A stretch of 64,000 nucleotides of DNA, taken from Azolla caroliniana (taxonomy: Eukaryota; Plantae; Polypodiophyta). Positions 34,051-46,300 of this stretch are shown here, piece after piece. Where the stretch lies: NCBI GenBank assembly GCA_043228905.1, contig JBHGNT010000018.1, forward strand, positions 14,446,001-14,510,000. The letters are read 5' to 3'. The notes beneath the pieces are model-generated. The model worked only from the letters and a program-made list of their open reading frames with translations, was not told the DNA's origin and did not search any database. Position 1 is the first letter of the stretch; each line of letters opens with the position of its first letter. Both the position numbers and the translations under genes were made by a program.

Positions 34051-36181
34051 ATGAGGGCGTCGGACCTTGCAGAAGCCATGGCTTCGGCTGTAGACCTTAT
34101 AGTGAGTGCGCGTGAAGGCACCGGCGCCCTTGATAGGGCTATCGAGGCGGTTGTCGGTACGATCGGCCGGTTTAGTGGAAAGGATGCCACGAGCTACTTG
34201 GCGTCCTACCGGGCTGAGATGGTAATGAGGGACATTCCGGAAGAGAGGCGTCTAGCCGGATTCCCTCGAGTGGCGATGCCGGGCATCCATACGGAGGTAC
34301 TCGAGGTACGGGCCGAGAGCCGAACCTGGGAGGAGTTCAAAGGTCGGCTCCTCGAAAAATACGGGCTTGAAGATGCGCTTCGACTTTCGAAGCGGGACTT
34401 TATGGAGTGGGTGGAGACCCCCGACAAAGGAAGGAACGCGTCAGTGCTCCTCCGGGAGTTTGAGGAACGCTTCGGGCGCCTCTCGGTGCTTGACCGGACC
34501 GTTCTGGACACAAGCCGTGTCCTATTGTTTGTTAAGTCAGTTGACGAGCGGGATCGGGAGCAGGTAGGCCTCCTATTGGAGACTGATGACGGGCTGACGA
34601 GTGGGATCGGGAGCAGGTGGTAAAGAGGGTCTGTGGCCGTTTCGACAAACGGCGGGAATGGGTTGACAAAGGATCGATAGGGGCAGGCTCTGTCGCAGCA
34701 AGGAAGCTCGAGCCAACACCACCAGCGCGAAGGGAAGAGACCCGAGATTGGCTCGAGACCGGATCGGCTTCGACCGGCATGGTCAAGGGCTCGTTCGGGG
34801 GAGCAGCTCTGGAGGAGCTGACGCAGAGGGTAAGGGATCTCCAGATCGCCCAGGCACGGAGGGATGGTGGCGAACAGGCCCGTGACCGACGACCTCTGGC
34901 TGAAAACAAGTGCATGTGGTGTGACGTGGTTGGGCACATCTGGAAAGACTGCGGGGACTTCGCCGAGGCGATGAGAAGCAACGTGGTGTACCTGTGGAAC
35001 GGTCGGGTGCACGCCAGAGAGACCCGAAGGGCCCTGAACCTGAACGTCGGGCAAGGGGGTATGAAAAAGTTGATGGAGGAGGCGGCGGCTCGTCACGCGG
35101 AGACTGTCCACAACTCGGCGTCAGCTGGTATTCGGGTCGGAGGTGGCGAGGCCCCGAAGACGAACAAAGCCGGGTTCTGGCCGACGATGCTAGAAGGCCT
35201 CGCCGGCGCACGACTAAGGAAAGAAGAGGCGGACCGCATAGAAAAACGGGTCAGGGAGGTAACCGGGTGGAGTGACCCGGTGGAAGAAAAGACGGGCTTC
35301 GTCGAAGCCGCTTGTCAAAACTACGAGGCTCTGGTGGAGGACAAGCGGGTAGGGAAAACCGGAGGGGTCGAGCCCTCGCAACGATATGAAACTCGGTTCA
35401 GGCAAAGGCGGAATGAGGCCGGTGTACCCGGTGCCCAGGATAATCCCAAGAGGGCGGGTACCGGCTGGGCACGGAAATCGAAAGATCCACGGACCTGTGA
35501 AAGGTCTTGGAAGAACGAATCCTCGACAGTAAGGTGGAACTGTCGGTGAGGGAAGTGCTTGGGATCGCCAAGAAGGAGTTCCACGACTCCATCGTAGACT
35601 TGGTGAAGAGGAAGAGGCTGTCGACGGAGACAGAACCGGAGAAGCCGGTGGAGGTGCGGACGACGCACATAGAGGACATGGCGCTGGAAGACGAGTTGGC
35701 GGAGAGCCACTATTCGAGGCCGCACTGGGCCAGAGCGACCACGAAGACCCCCGTGAAAATCGGAGATGTTAATGAACCGGTGGTGGCGTTGGTGGACCAC
35801 GGTTCAGAAATCAGCTTGATGTCCATGGACTTCTATAAGAAGGGGAAATGGCCGATCAACACCAAGCACGGGTGGAAAATACGGGCAACGACGTGTGCCA
35901 CCGAAGAACTGCATGGAGCCTGCCCGAATGTACGAGTAAAGATCGGCGATGTCGAGATTGACCAGCACTTCTTCGTGCAGGAGACGTCCTCACATCCGGT
36001 TATACTAGGAGAACCGTACATCACGACAACATGGATGGAGACCAAGGTGCTGGCCAACGGCTCGGCCTATGCAAGGGTCAAGAGCCAGGATGGGTGTCAC
36101 TCGGTCCAGTTCCTGACGGTGAGACCGAACCATGAGCTGAACCGCGAGACCCTCGGGAGCGAAAGCCGAGAGGATTTTTAG
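34051..36181 (+). pseudogene. gag: gag-protease of G, frameshift-damaged
   Basis: CMWCDVVGHIWKDC knuckle and DHGSE protease motif; colinear with the gag-PR of H. Confidence 0.85.
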
Positions 36182-36240
36182 AGAGGGCTATCAAGGCGTG
36201 GGGCTGCGATAGTCCGGACACTCCGGGAAAACCCCACAAG
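36172..36240 (+). promoter_or_regulatory. Predicted -1 ribosomal frameshift signal of G
   Basis: G_GAT_TTT_TAG, then stem GGGCTATC/GATAGTCC with loop GTGGGG complementary to downstream CCCCAC; the -1 frame is open into pol. Confidence 0.75.
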
Positions 36241-37162
36241 TGTACGATAGCGAAGAAGACCTGTACTATAAGTAGGAAATTTTGGTTCTCCGACAACGGA
36301 GGGTGTACGATAGTCGACGTTGTTGGATGGAAGAAGAAAAGGGCGGAGGAGCGACTTCGGGCATGTGGTATCCTCGGCCTCGGAGAGGAAATCAGCGAAG
36401 CCGTGGAGGCGATCTCTTTCGACGATACCTTGGGGGAGCTGCGAGAGGTAGTCGGAGGAGTCCTTAAAGAGGACCGGACGATTCCGGTATGTTCGGAAAG
36501 GATGTACGAAGTCATCGCCGACTTCAGTAGAGGGCTCGAGTCGGATCGGACGGCCCGGGTGGACACGAGGTACAAGACTGTGGACCGGAAGGTGAGGCCA
36601 GTCGCGGCTCCCTTGCCGGAGGGCAGCGAGTTGCGAATAAAGGGGGTTGCGTCAGACCCGAGTTTATGAAATCCGGCCCGCATAGGACACACGTTCACCG
36701 ACATAACGCTGCGCGAGCTCAAAATCGGTGGGGGCGGCTTCCTACTGCTGGCGGAAGAGGACCGTTTTCGGGGAATGCTCGGAAGGCATGGGAAGGCTTT
36801 CGCATTCTCATCGGAGGAGATCGGGTGCGTAGACCCGACAGTCGTGGAACCGATGGTGATATTCACGATACCGCATGTGCCGTGGAGTCTCAAGCCGATT
36901 CCAGTACCCAGAGCTCACATCCCGAAGCTGATGGAGCTGTTAAAGCAGAAGGTCGAGATGGGAATCCTCGAACCGTCGAGTGCCCCATACTCGAATCGGT
37001 GGTTTACCGTGCCGAAGAAGGACGGCACGCTGCGCTTTATTCAAGACCTGCAGCCGTCCAACAAGGTGACCATTCGAAACGGAGGAATCGGACCAACAAT
37101 AGACGAGTTCGCGGAGGCCTTCGCCGGAAGGTCGATTTACTCGGTCGGTGATCTCTACTCGG
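36181..37162 (+). pseudogene. pol: pol (RT N-terminal part) of G, truncated
   Basis: YKTVDRKVRPVA..KPIPVPRAH..FIQDLQP matches the pol of H. Confidence 0.88.
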
Positions 37163-39009
37163 ACATCCTTCAGTAGCAGCTTGCATCCGGTTGGTGTTGA
37201 CAACCACACGTCTCCTATGCCGACAATTCGGTATGTACCTTCATTCCCCATCCGAACACAACCGTGATCACCGGCTGAGTAGGATGAGAAGCATTTCCGG
37301 TTCGGGGTAAGGTGGAACGACGCTCCGGAGTCAACCACCCAGGTCATCTCGTCGCCGGCAAGGTTTATCTCACTCCCCTCGGTGATGAGCATCAACTCTT
37401 CTTCACTTGCCGCGATTGCCGTCACTTCCTTCCGGTCCGTTCCCCTCCTGTCTTTACCGTTCCGGTTCGTTGTCCGCTTCAAATCGGTACCGTCAGTTTC
37501 CTTGTCTTTTCGGAAATGCTGATAGTTCTTTTGGAAGTGTCCCGGCTTGCCGCAATAGAAGCAAGTAGGCCTCCCCCTTGACTTTGACCGTGTCCCCAAC
37601 TTTTCCCGGTTCTGAGGACTACGGTTCCTTTGTCTTCCGCGTTCCGATTCGGTAAGGAGCGCTTTGGAGTCGGAGCTCGTATCCTTATCTTTCCGACGTG
37701 CCTCCTCATCTAGCAAGCTCGACTTCACTCTTGCTAGGGATAACCGTTTCCCTTCCAGCCCGGCGTTGCCCAAAGTGACAACCAACGTCTCCCAGCTATC
37801 TGGGAGGGAACCGAGCAGAAGCAGTGCTAGTACCTCATTGGCGAGAGGTACTTCCAATGATGTTTCCTGGTGGATCAGCCCCTGGAAGGCATTCATGTGC
37901 TCCGCCATGTTGGAGCCATCTTGGTACCGGAGTCTTACTAGCTTCCGGAATACCGAAACCTGATTAACAACATTTTTGTTCTGAAACATAATGCCGATCT
38001 TCTCCTAGAGCTCATGAGCCTTGCTCTCTTCATTGAAGTTGTTGTATAGAGTCATGTCGATGAAGCACTGTATGTACGCCGTTGTCTTCATATGCATCAC
38101 CTCCCATATCGTGGCGTCGATTTTGTCCGGTCTCTTGTCCCCGAACTGAACCGGAAACCAAAGACCTTTAACCACGAGCATGTCCCTCATCTTCGACTTC
38201 CACACCGAATAGTTGGAGCCGGTGAGCTTGAACATGCCTCCCAACGAATCGTCCATTTTTCTGTGTTGCCTCGCTATGATACCACTTTGACAGGAACTAC
38301 ACGCTCCGATGAACAACACTCGGCCACAACCGAGTCTAAAATCAAACACAGAAAACGGATAATGAACGCACGACACAAAGGAGAGAAGAGTACACATGAT
38401 GTTTTACGTGGAAAACCCTGAGAGGGAAAAACCCTGAGAGTTCACAGACTCCAAACTATCACTATATCACAATGAATACAATAGTGAGCTCACGGAGGCA
38501 ACGACCTTGTGCTCACGATCTTCGCCATAGGCGGCAGTTACAACAGAGGCAACGACCTCTTCCTCTCTCTCTCTCTCTCTCTCTCTGCACACTGTTATGT
38601 GCTCTCTGATCTAGCGCCAACAAGAATGACAACCACTTCATTAAGTTTGCCCTAAGTCATATTTATACTAAGATGACTTTTTGGCTATTTAAAAATATAG
38701 CCCCGATGGACTCTCAGAAATATATTTACGAATATGTCCCTTCATCCGGTGAGCACTCCTCACCGGGCCTACATCATCCGGCGCTTGCCGGGTACTCCTC
38801 ATCCGGTTCTCACCGAGTCTTCCGTTTTCAGGTACTCCTCATCCGGTTCTCACCAGGTCTTCCGTTTCTGGGTACTCCTCATCCAGTTCTCACCGGGTCT
38901 TCCGTTGCCGGGTACTCCTCATCCGGTTCTCACCGGTTCTTCCGTTGCTGGGTACTCCTTATCCGGTTCTCATCGGGTCATCCCATCCGGAGGGACCTGT
39001 TTCCTAACA

Positions 39010-39257
39010 TTGAGCAATGTCCGGCAGAAAGACATGTCAATGGCCGACTACACAACCCGGATCAAAGAGATATGTGACTCCCTTGCCTCCATCAACGTGA
39101 CCATCGAGAAGGATGAAATGGTGCAGGTTTGCCTCGGGGGCTTGGCATCGAAGTTCGGAGCATTCCAAACGACGGTTTGTTCAAGGGAGAATACGACTTC
39201 GTTTTTCAACTTACAATCGACGCTCCTTGTAGAGGAGAACCATGCGGGTGCATCAAT
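39010..39257 (+). pseudogene. Fragment of an A-family Copia gag (insertion target of E)
   Basis: RQKDMSMADYTTRIKEICDSL..LLVEENH parallels the ORF at 259-696. Confidence 0.8.
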
Positions 39258-39386
39258 GAGAAGGAAATGGCCGTTTCGTAGTGCGTAAAAGCATCCACAT
39301 TGGAGGAAGTCAATCTCGGCACGGTCATGAAACCACGGCTGGTAAAGTGGTAAAGGAAATGCCATCGGAAGAGAAGACGATGATGG
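39258..39386 (+). pseudogene. Fragment of an F-family Gypsy pol (pre-RT region)
   Basis: GGAAATGGCCGTTTC..GAAGTCAATCTCGG..GGAAATG aligns by eye with ~26880-27005. Confidence 0.65.
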
Positions 39387-42214
39387 TGTTAGGGATATGT
39401 CCCTCATATGGGAGTGGTCGTCTGGTCAGGTCGGGAGCCGACAATCGAAGACAAGGAGGTGTCGACATAGAGAGTCGACATGAAGAGTCAACATCATACG
39501 ATCCAAGTCGAAGACAAGACCAACTAGTCGGGCCAACCAGAGTGTCGATGACAAGGCCGACTAGTCGGGCCGACTCGATAGTCTACATTGGAGTCTGTTG
39601 ATCAACTGCTATTCGTATTAATATAATAATAGAAGTGAGAGTAGTAGGGACTACATTTTGTAAATAGCCCATAAGGTGTATAAGTATAAATACACTTAGG
39701 GAAAAGCTTTAGATGGAGAGCAGTGTGTAGAACAGAAAGAGTAGAATAGTGTAGAGTTCTTGTAACTGTTTGTTATAGAGAGAAGTGAGAGTGCATGACA
39801 GAGATAGCGACGCCATAGTTGTGTGAGCATAGACGCCAAGAGACCTGCGTGGCTGATACACTATGTGCTGAGAGAGTGTTGTATATTGTCTCCGTTTGTA
39901 TTCTCCATTGTATAGTGAAGATTTGTTTCTCCTGTGGCTTTCCCCGTTTAGGGTTTCCACATTAAACATTGTGTACTGTGCATTTTTTGTTTTTTGTGCC
40001 CGCGTTATTGTGTATTTCATAGTTGTTCTTCCTCATGATTCATAGGGATCAGATCCCATCAAACTGGTATTAGAGCTTGAGGTGCAAACATGGAAGGAGG
40101 TGTGAGTGGTTTCCTAGGTATGATATTTCTAAACTCTCTGAACTATGCAAACTTGTAGATAAAGATGGAAGACCTTCTCATAGTCAAAGACCTGTATGAG
40201 CCCATCGAAAGAGCAGAAATACCCACGGGGGTATTAGAGTCGGAATGGAAACTTCTGAACAGAAAGGCGGTGGCCACCATCAGACAATGTGTCGATGTAT
40301 GTGTCCTTCAGCATGTGGCGAACGATACAAATGCCAACGAGATGTGGCAGAAGCAGTCAGGCCCATATGAGAGGAAGAACGCCCTCAACAAAACATCTTT
40401 GATGAGAAAGATTGTGAGGTTAAAATACAGGGACGGAGAACACATAGTTGAGCACATAAGCACATTCATGGGGTATGTGAACCAACTTGTGGCAACCAAG
40501 TTCCCCCTTGAGGATGCAATGCAGGCCATCCTACTACTGTGTACCTTGCCGGCAGCTGGGAGAATCTGATGGTGACTCTCAACACCTCGTGTCAAGAAGA
40601 GAACTTGTCTCTTCAAGCGGTAAATACAAGTATCTTGAACAAGGAGACAAGAAAGAAAGACAAGGGTGTCCTATCCCAATTGGAGTTAAACGTGACTCAA
40701 CATACGGGCATAGGAAGGAATCGACAAAGAAGTCCACAAAGAAAGGACATGTCCCAAGCTAGGTCCAAGTTCAGAGGCAAATTGACATGCTTTTATTGTG
40801 GAAAGCCTGGACACTTCCAAAAGGACTGTCGACACCTCAAGAAGGACAAGAGTGTCGGTAATAATGTCAAACACAAGAAGATTCTTGATGAAAAGGGCAC
40901 ATCAGTCGTAGCTACGAGTGTAGAGGAGATCCTGTTCATTTGTCAGCAAGCAAGCACAAATCTTGCAAGTGAAGAGTGCACATGGGTGATTGACTCTGGT
41001 GCATCTTTCCATATAACTCTGTCGCGAGAGTGTTTCTCAACTTACATAGCCGGGGATCATGACTATGTAAAGATGGGAGATAATGGGGAATGCAAGATAG
41101 CTGGCATAGGAAGTGTAAGCTTGATGGTGTCGACAGGTTGTCGACTGAGTTTGAGGGAAGTTCAACATGTCCCCGATATCAGATTAAATCTGATATCGAC
41201 TGGAAGGTTGGATGATGAAGGCTACCTTGGTAGCTTTCGAAACGACAAGTGGAAGTTCTGCTAAGGAAACCTCATTTTGGCTTGAGCACAAAAAGAGGGC
41301 ACACTGTGTATGATGCATGCCCAACTGTGCAAGTCGGAAGTGAATGTGGCAGCCAACCCAAGTGGAGAGTTATGGCATAAGAGACTATGCCACATGAGTG
41401 AAAAAGGGATGCATATCCTAGCCGACCAGGAACTTCTCCCAGAAGTGAAAGGTGTACACTTGGAGAAGTGTGTCGACTACTTAGTCGGAAAGCAGAACAA
41501 GACAACATTCCACTCAAGCCCACCGAGAAGAAGAGAAGTACCATTGGAACTGGTACACACGGATGTGTGCTATGTAGATGCTCCATCACATCGAAGGGGA
41601 CAATACTTCATGGCCTTCATCAACAACTACAGCCGGAAGTTGTGGGATTTCATACTAAAGTCTAAGGACCAAGTATTGTCATTCTTTAAGGAGTTCCAGG
41701 CTAGCGCCGAAAGAGAGTCGGGTCGGAAGATGAAGGCTGTCCAAACCGACAATGGTGGCGAATATAGAGGGCAATTCGAAGAATATTGCATGGCCTAAGG
41801 TATTTGAATCGAGTACACAATGCCAAAGACCCCTGAGTTCAACGGGCTTGTAGAGAGGATGAATCAAACAATCATGGAGAGAGTATGCTCTCTCATGCTA
41901 AACTGCCGAAATCGTATTGGGCGGAGGTGATGTATATAACTATCTATCTGATCAACAAGTCTCCCTCAGTACCATTGAAAGGTGATGTTCCACAAAGGGT
42001 GTGGACAAGAAAAGATGTCTCCTACCAACACCTACAGGTGTTCGGAAGCTTAGTGTATATGCATGTAGCTAAGGATCAAAGGTCGAAGCTCGACAGTAAG
42101 TCGAAACCATACATTGGCCCATGCGTGATATTCTTGGTATTCGCCATCCGTAATGTTCGTCATATTCGAGAATACAAAATGACCCCAAGAATATTACAGA
42201 ACCATTCGTTTTAA

Positions 42215-42600
42215 ATTTACATAATAAAAAATAATTAATTTACTAAAAAAATAATTAATTCACTAAAATATTAACCAATTCACTAATAATGAATTAATTT
42301 ACTAAAAATATTAATTAATTCATTAATAGTCAATTAATTATGGTTCCTAATTTCAACCAAAATTAGGGTTTTAAAAATTAAAATATTAATTAATTCACTA
42401 ATAATGAATGAATTAATTAGGGTTCCTAATTTCAACCAAAATTAGAGTTTTAGGAATTAAAATATTAATTAATTCACTACTAATGAGTTAATTTACTACA
42501 ACATTAATTAATTCATGAATGATCAATTAATTAGGGTTCCTTGTTTTACATAAAATTAGGGTTTTAAAAATTAAAATAGTAATTAATTCATTAATAATTA
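42215..42600. repeat. AT-rich degenerate tandem repeats (AATTAATTCACTAA) with ATTAGGGTT motifs
   Basis: Units are directly visible; related copies at ~43695-43785. Confidence 0.8.
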
Positions 42601-42717
42601 TAGAACGTAATATTTGTGTTCGTGCAAGCATTCAAACGTTTGGAAATGAACACGTTTGAAATGGGAAAAATATGTGATCCTTTTCTTTTATTTTCTTTTC
42701 ATTTATTCTCATTACAA

Positions 42718-43345
42718 TTTAGCTCACCCTAGTGGTAAGGAGTCATGCTATTGTTGTCTATGTCTTGGGTTCGATTCCCAATTTTCTTATCTCTTTCTCT
42801 CTCTTACTCATTAGTACCTACTACCATGTCATAGCAAAATTTTATGTTAGTGTTATAATAGTTTTTTTCTTTTATTTTTTTATCATTAGAACTAAGCACA
42901 ACCTAGTGATAAGTTGATGTGCTACTATTACTTGTGTCTTGGGTTCAATTCCGAACTTTCTCATGTTCTCTTGTTAGTGTCATGTTCCTTTTTCTTCTTT
43001 TTCTTTCTTTCTTTTGTTATTAGAAATTAGCTCACCTGAGTGGTAAGTTGTTATGCTACTACTGCCTATGTCATGGCAAAATTTTAAGTTAGTGTCATGT
43101 TCCTTTTTCTTTCTTTCTTTCTTTGTTATTAGAAATTAGGTCACCCCAGTGGTAAGTTTTATGCTACTACTGCCTATGTCATGTTTTCTTCATATTCTCG
43201 AATGTACGTTTTATGAGTTTTTGATCGTTTCTTTTTTTCTTTCTTTGTTATTAGAAATTAGGTCACCCTAGTGGTAAGTTGTTATGCTATTACTGCCTAT
43301 GTCATGTTTTCTTCATATTCTCGAATATACGTTTTATGAGTTTTT
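42718..43345 (+). repeat. Five degenerate units beginning with a tRNA/SINE-head-like motif
   Basis: TAGCTCACCCTAGTGGTAAG..ATGCTA(C/T)T..TATGTC repeated; the first two units keep B-box-like GGTTCGATTCC and GGTTCAATTCC. Confidence 0.6.
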
Positions 43346-46300
43346 GAACGTTCGATTATAATTTATAATGACATATTTTGATTCAATCTCTATAGTTCAT
43401 ACTCATTTGTTTTGTAAAGTTCTAAAGTGAGGATGATAAAGATATCTTGCTTCGCATCCCAAAAGTATGCATGTGATACAATGCAAATATTGCAACCATA
43501 CTTATGTTGGTGGTTCACAATGGATTAGAGTCCACTTATTGGGATTGAGAGTGAATCAATATATAATATAGACCCTAGTCAATCTAATCCAACTTGTCAA
43601 TCCAATCCAACTTTGAGATGATTTACCATACACGTTTGATTGAATCATTCTCGAATGAGAATGCACATATGATACGTATGTTTCATTCTATGTTAATAAT
43701 GAATTAATTTACTAAAACATGAATTAATTCATGAGTAATTAATTAACTAGGGCTCCTTATTTCAGCCAAATTTAGGGTTTCAATACCACCCTAAGTTTGG
43801 AGGTCGAGAATAATATGTAAGTGATGCTCAGAGGATGAGGGGGAGGCGAGGATGTAGGCCGAAAAGAAGAAATATGGTTGAAATTAGGGTTTCGACTGAA
43901 ATTACGGTTTTCAGCCGAAACCCTAGTTTGCAGGCCGAGAATAGGATGCAAGGTAAGGTGAGGGTGTAAGAATCAAGTACAAGATGTAGGGTGTGGCCTC
44001 TTTGGTCACTATTCTGTGTTGCTCACTCACTAGCTAGCGTTAAAAAAACGTTTTTTTTTCAAAAAAAAAGGAAAAGACAAATAGTATTACTTGTATTCGT
44101 ATGCATTCCCGGGGGAGGCCCCATGAATGCGAATATGTCAATCTATGGTCGAAACCATGCATATTCATGGAATACTCGGAGGACGAGTTCGGCTATAGGT
44201 TGTTGGGCTTAGTCGATAAGAAAGTAGTGAGGAGTCAGGATTTAGTCTTCTTGGAAGACAAGACAATTGAGGATTGGAAGCAACAGAAGTCAGAATCGAC
44301 TTCCCAGTCAACTCCCACTACTACCGACTTAAGGCCAAGTGAACCGACACGGTCGGTTGTTCAGAGACAACCAGTCGACATCGACAAATACAGATGAGTC
44401 AGAGCCGACAAAGCTATTGAAGTCGATCGCGGAATACGAGTCCGAGTTGGTTAACCCCCAATGAACGATAGACGCATATGAACCCGAGTCGAGAGAAGAG
44501 TCACCAGAGACATTCGACTAGAGCCGACAATGGGTGGAAGGAGATACCCACTCAGAGAAAGAAGAGCATCGACTACAGATGTCAGTCAATACATCCTCTT
44601 GACTGATGACGGTGAACCTGAGTGCTATGAAGAAGCCATGGTCAATGACCACAAATAGAAATGGTAGAGTGCAATGCAAGATGAGATGGACTCCTTGCAT
44701 GAAAATTATACCTACGATATGGTGGAGCTACCAAAAGGTAAGAGAGCACTTAGAAATAAATGGGTCTACAAGGTGAAGACTAGAGAAGTTGATACTACAC
44801 CCAAATATAAAGCCCGCATTGTGGTGATGGGGTTTCAACAGAAAATGTCGGGAAATCGGTCTCTCCGGATGGGATCCGATGATGAATAAAGAGCACCCGG
44901 TGAAAACCGGAAGAGATCCGGAAACCAGATCGGTGGACCCGGTGAGAACCAGAAGAGAAGACAGATTTGTAAACATGTCTTGAATAAGCTCATTGAGGCC
45001 ATATTTGTAAATAGCCCTAAGTTCATATAACTATGAATATGACTTAGGGCAATCACTTTAGCATGTGTGATTGTGTTGTTGTCATATTGTTGTAACTGTT
45101 GTACAGAGTGAGAGGGAGGGAGAGAGAGAGATACAGAGTGATACTCTGTTGTAACCGCCATTGTGCGTAGAAACATAGCTCAAGGTCGTTGCCTCCAAGT
45201 CTTTGATTGTACCCCTTCTCTTCATAGTGATAGTTCGGAGTCTGTGGGCTCCCATGGTTTTTTCCTATTAGGGTTTTCCACGTAAACATCCGGTGTCATT
45301 TTTCTTGTGTATTATCCACTTCCCATTTCTGTGTTTGATTCTTATAGAAGTGACTTACTACTCGGTTGTGGCCAAGTGATATTCTGTGCATTTCTTTACA
45401 AACTGGTATCAAAGCGAACAACACTGAAAATGGAAGAATCTTTTGACGGCATGTTCAAGATCACCGGCTCCAACTACTCAGTGTGGAAGTCGAAGATGAG
45501 GGACATGCTGGTGGTTAAAGATCTTTAGTTGCCGGTTCAGTTCGGGGACAAGAGACCGGATAAAATCAACGCCACGGTGTGGGAGGTGATGCACATGAAG
45601 ACGACGGCATACATCCGGTGCTTCATCGACATGAGCTTGTACAACAACTTCAATGAAGAGAGCAAGGCTCATGAACTCTAGGAGAAGATCAACATCATGT
45701 TCCAGAACAAGAATGTCGTTAATCGGGTTTCGGTATTTCGGAAACTAGTGAGGCTCCGGTACCAAGACAGCTCCAGTATGGCGGAGCACATGACTGCCTT
45801 CCAGGGGCTGATACACCAAGCAACTTCCTTGGAAGTACCTCTCGCCGATGAGATACTTGCTCTACTCCTACTCGGTTCCCTCCCGGATAGTTGGGAGATG
45901 TTAGTTGTCACGTTGGGCAACGCCGGGCCGGAAGGGAAACAACTATCCCTAGCAAGGCTCAAGTTGAGCTTGCTAGATGAGGAGGCGCGTCGGAAAGACA
46001 AGGAGGTAATCTCCGACACCAAAGCCCTCCTTACCGAATCGGAACGCGGAAGATAAAGGATTTGGAGTCCCCAGAACCGGGAAAAGCCGGGGACACGGTC
46101 AAAGTCAAGGGTAAGGTCCACTTGCTTCTATTGCGGCAAGTCGGGGCACTTCTAGAAGAACTGTTGGCATTTCTGAAAGGACAAGGGAACCGACAATACC
46201 AATTCGAAGAAGTCACGGGACCAAAACGGTTCGAATCGGTGAGGCTCGGACCAAAAGGGAACGACGACGATCACGACAAGTGAAGAAGAACTAATGCTTA

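Larger units (their letters stand above)
23456..37162 (+). mobile_element. Element G: 3'-truncated tRNA-Trp-primed Ty3/Gypsy, 5' LTR split by F
   Basis: LTR pieces 23456-23538 and 33406-34007; PBS 34012-34029; gag 34051 onward; protease ALVDHGSEI; RT start PYSNRWFTVPKK..IYSVGDLYS; then an abrupt junction back into E. Confidence 0.9.
19574..39009 (-). mobile_element. Element E: decayed Copia related to D/J, hosting S2, G and F
   Basis: 5' LTR ~38288-39009; PBS 38273-38284; gag/PR ~38256-37163; integrase to RNase H 23455-19905; PPT; truncated 3' LTR 19574-19895. Confidence 0.9.
42108..44147. mobile_element. Element T: non-autonomous TIR DNA transposon (hAT- or P-like)
   Basis: 8-bp TSD GTCGAAAC (42100-42107, 44148-44155); imperfect TIR CATACATTGGC / GTCAATCTATG; AT-rich non-coding interior; the host Copia is continuous across it. 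Confidence 0.75.
39387..44845 (+). mobile_element. Element I: decayed Copia, interrupted by T and cut by J
   Basis: LTR 39387-40061; PBS TGGTATTAGAGC at 40065; gag, PR and integrase fragments 40090-42107; resumes at 44156 up to the start of RT. Confidence 0.88.

Noticed and set aside
36940-37989. 349-aa ORF as a novel fusion protein
   Set aside because: It is Copia E gag-PR reading across a deletion junction into the antisense strand of G.
42360-43930. Interstitial telomere
   Set aside because: TTAGGG motifs are isolated, not tandem TTTAGGG arrays.
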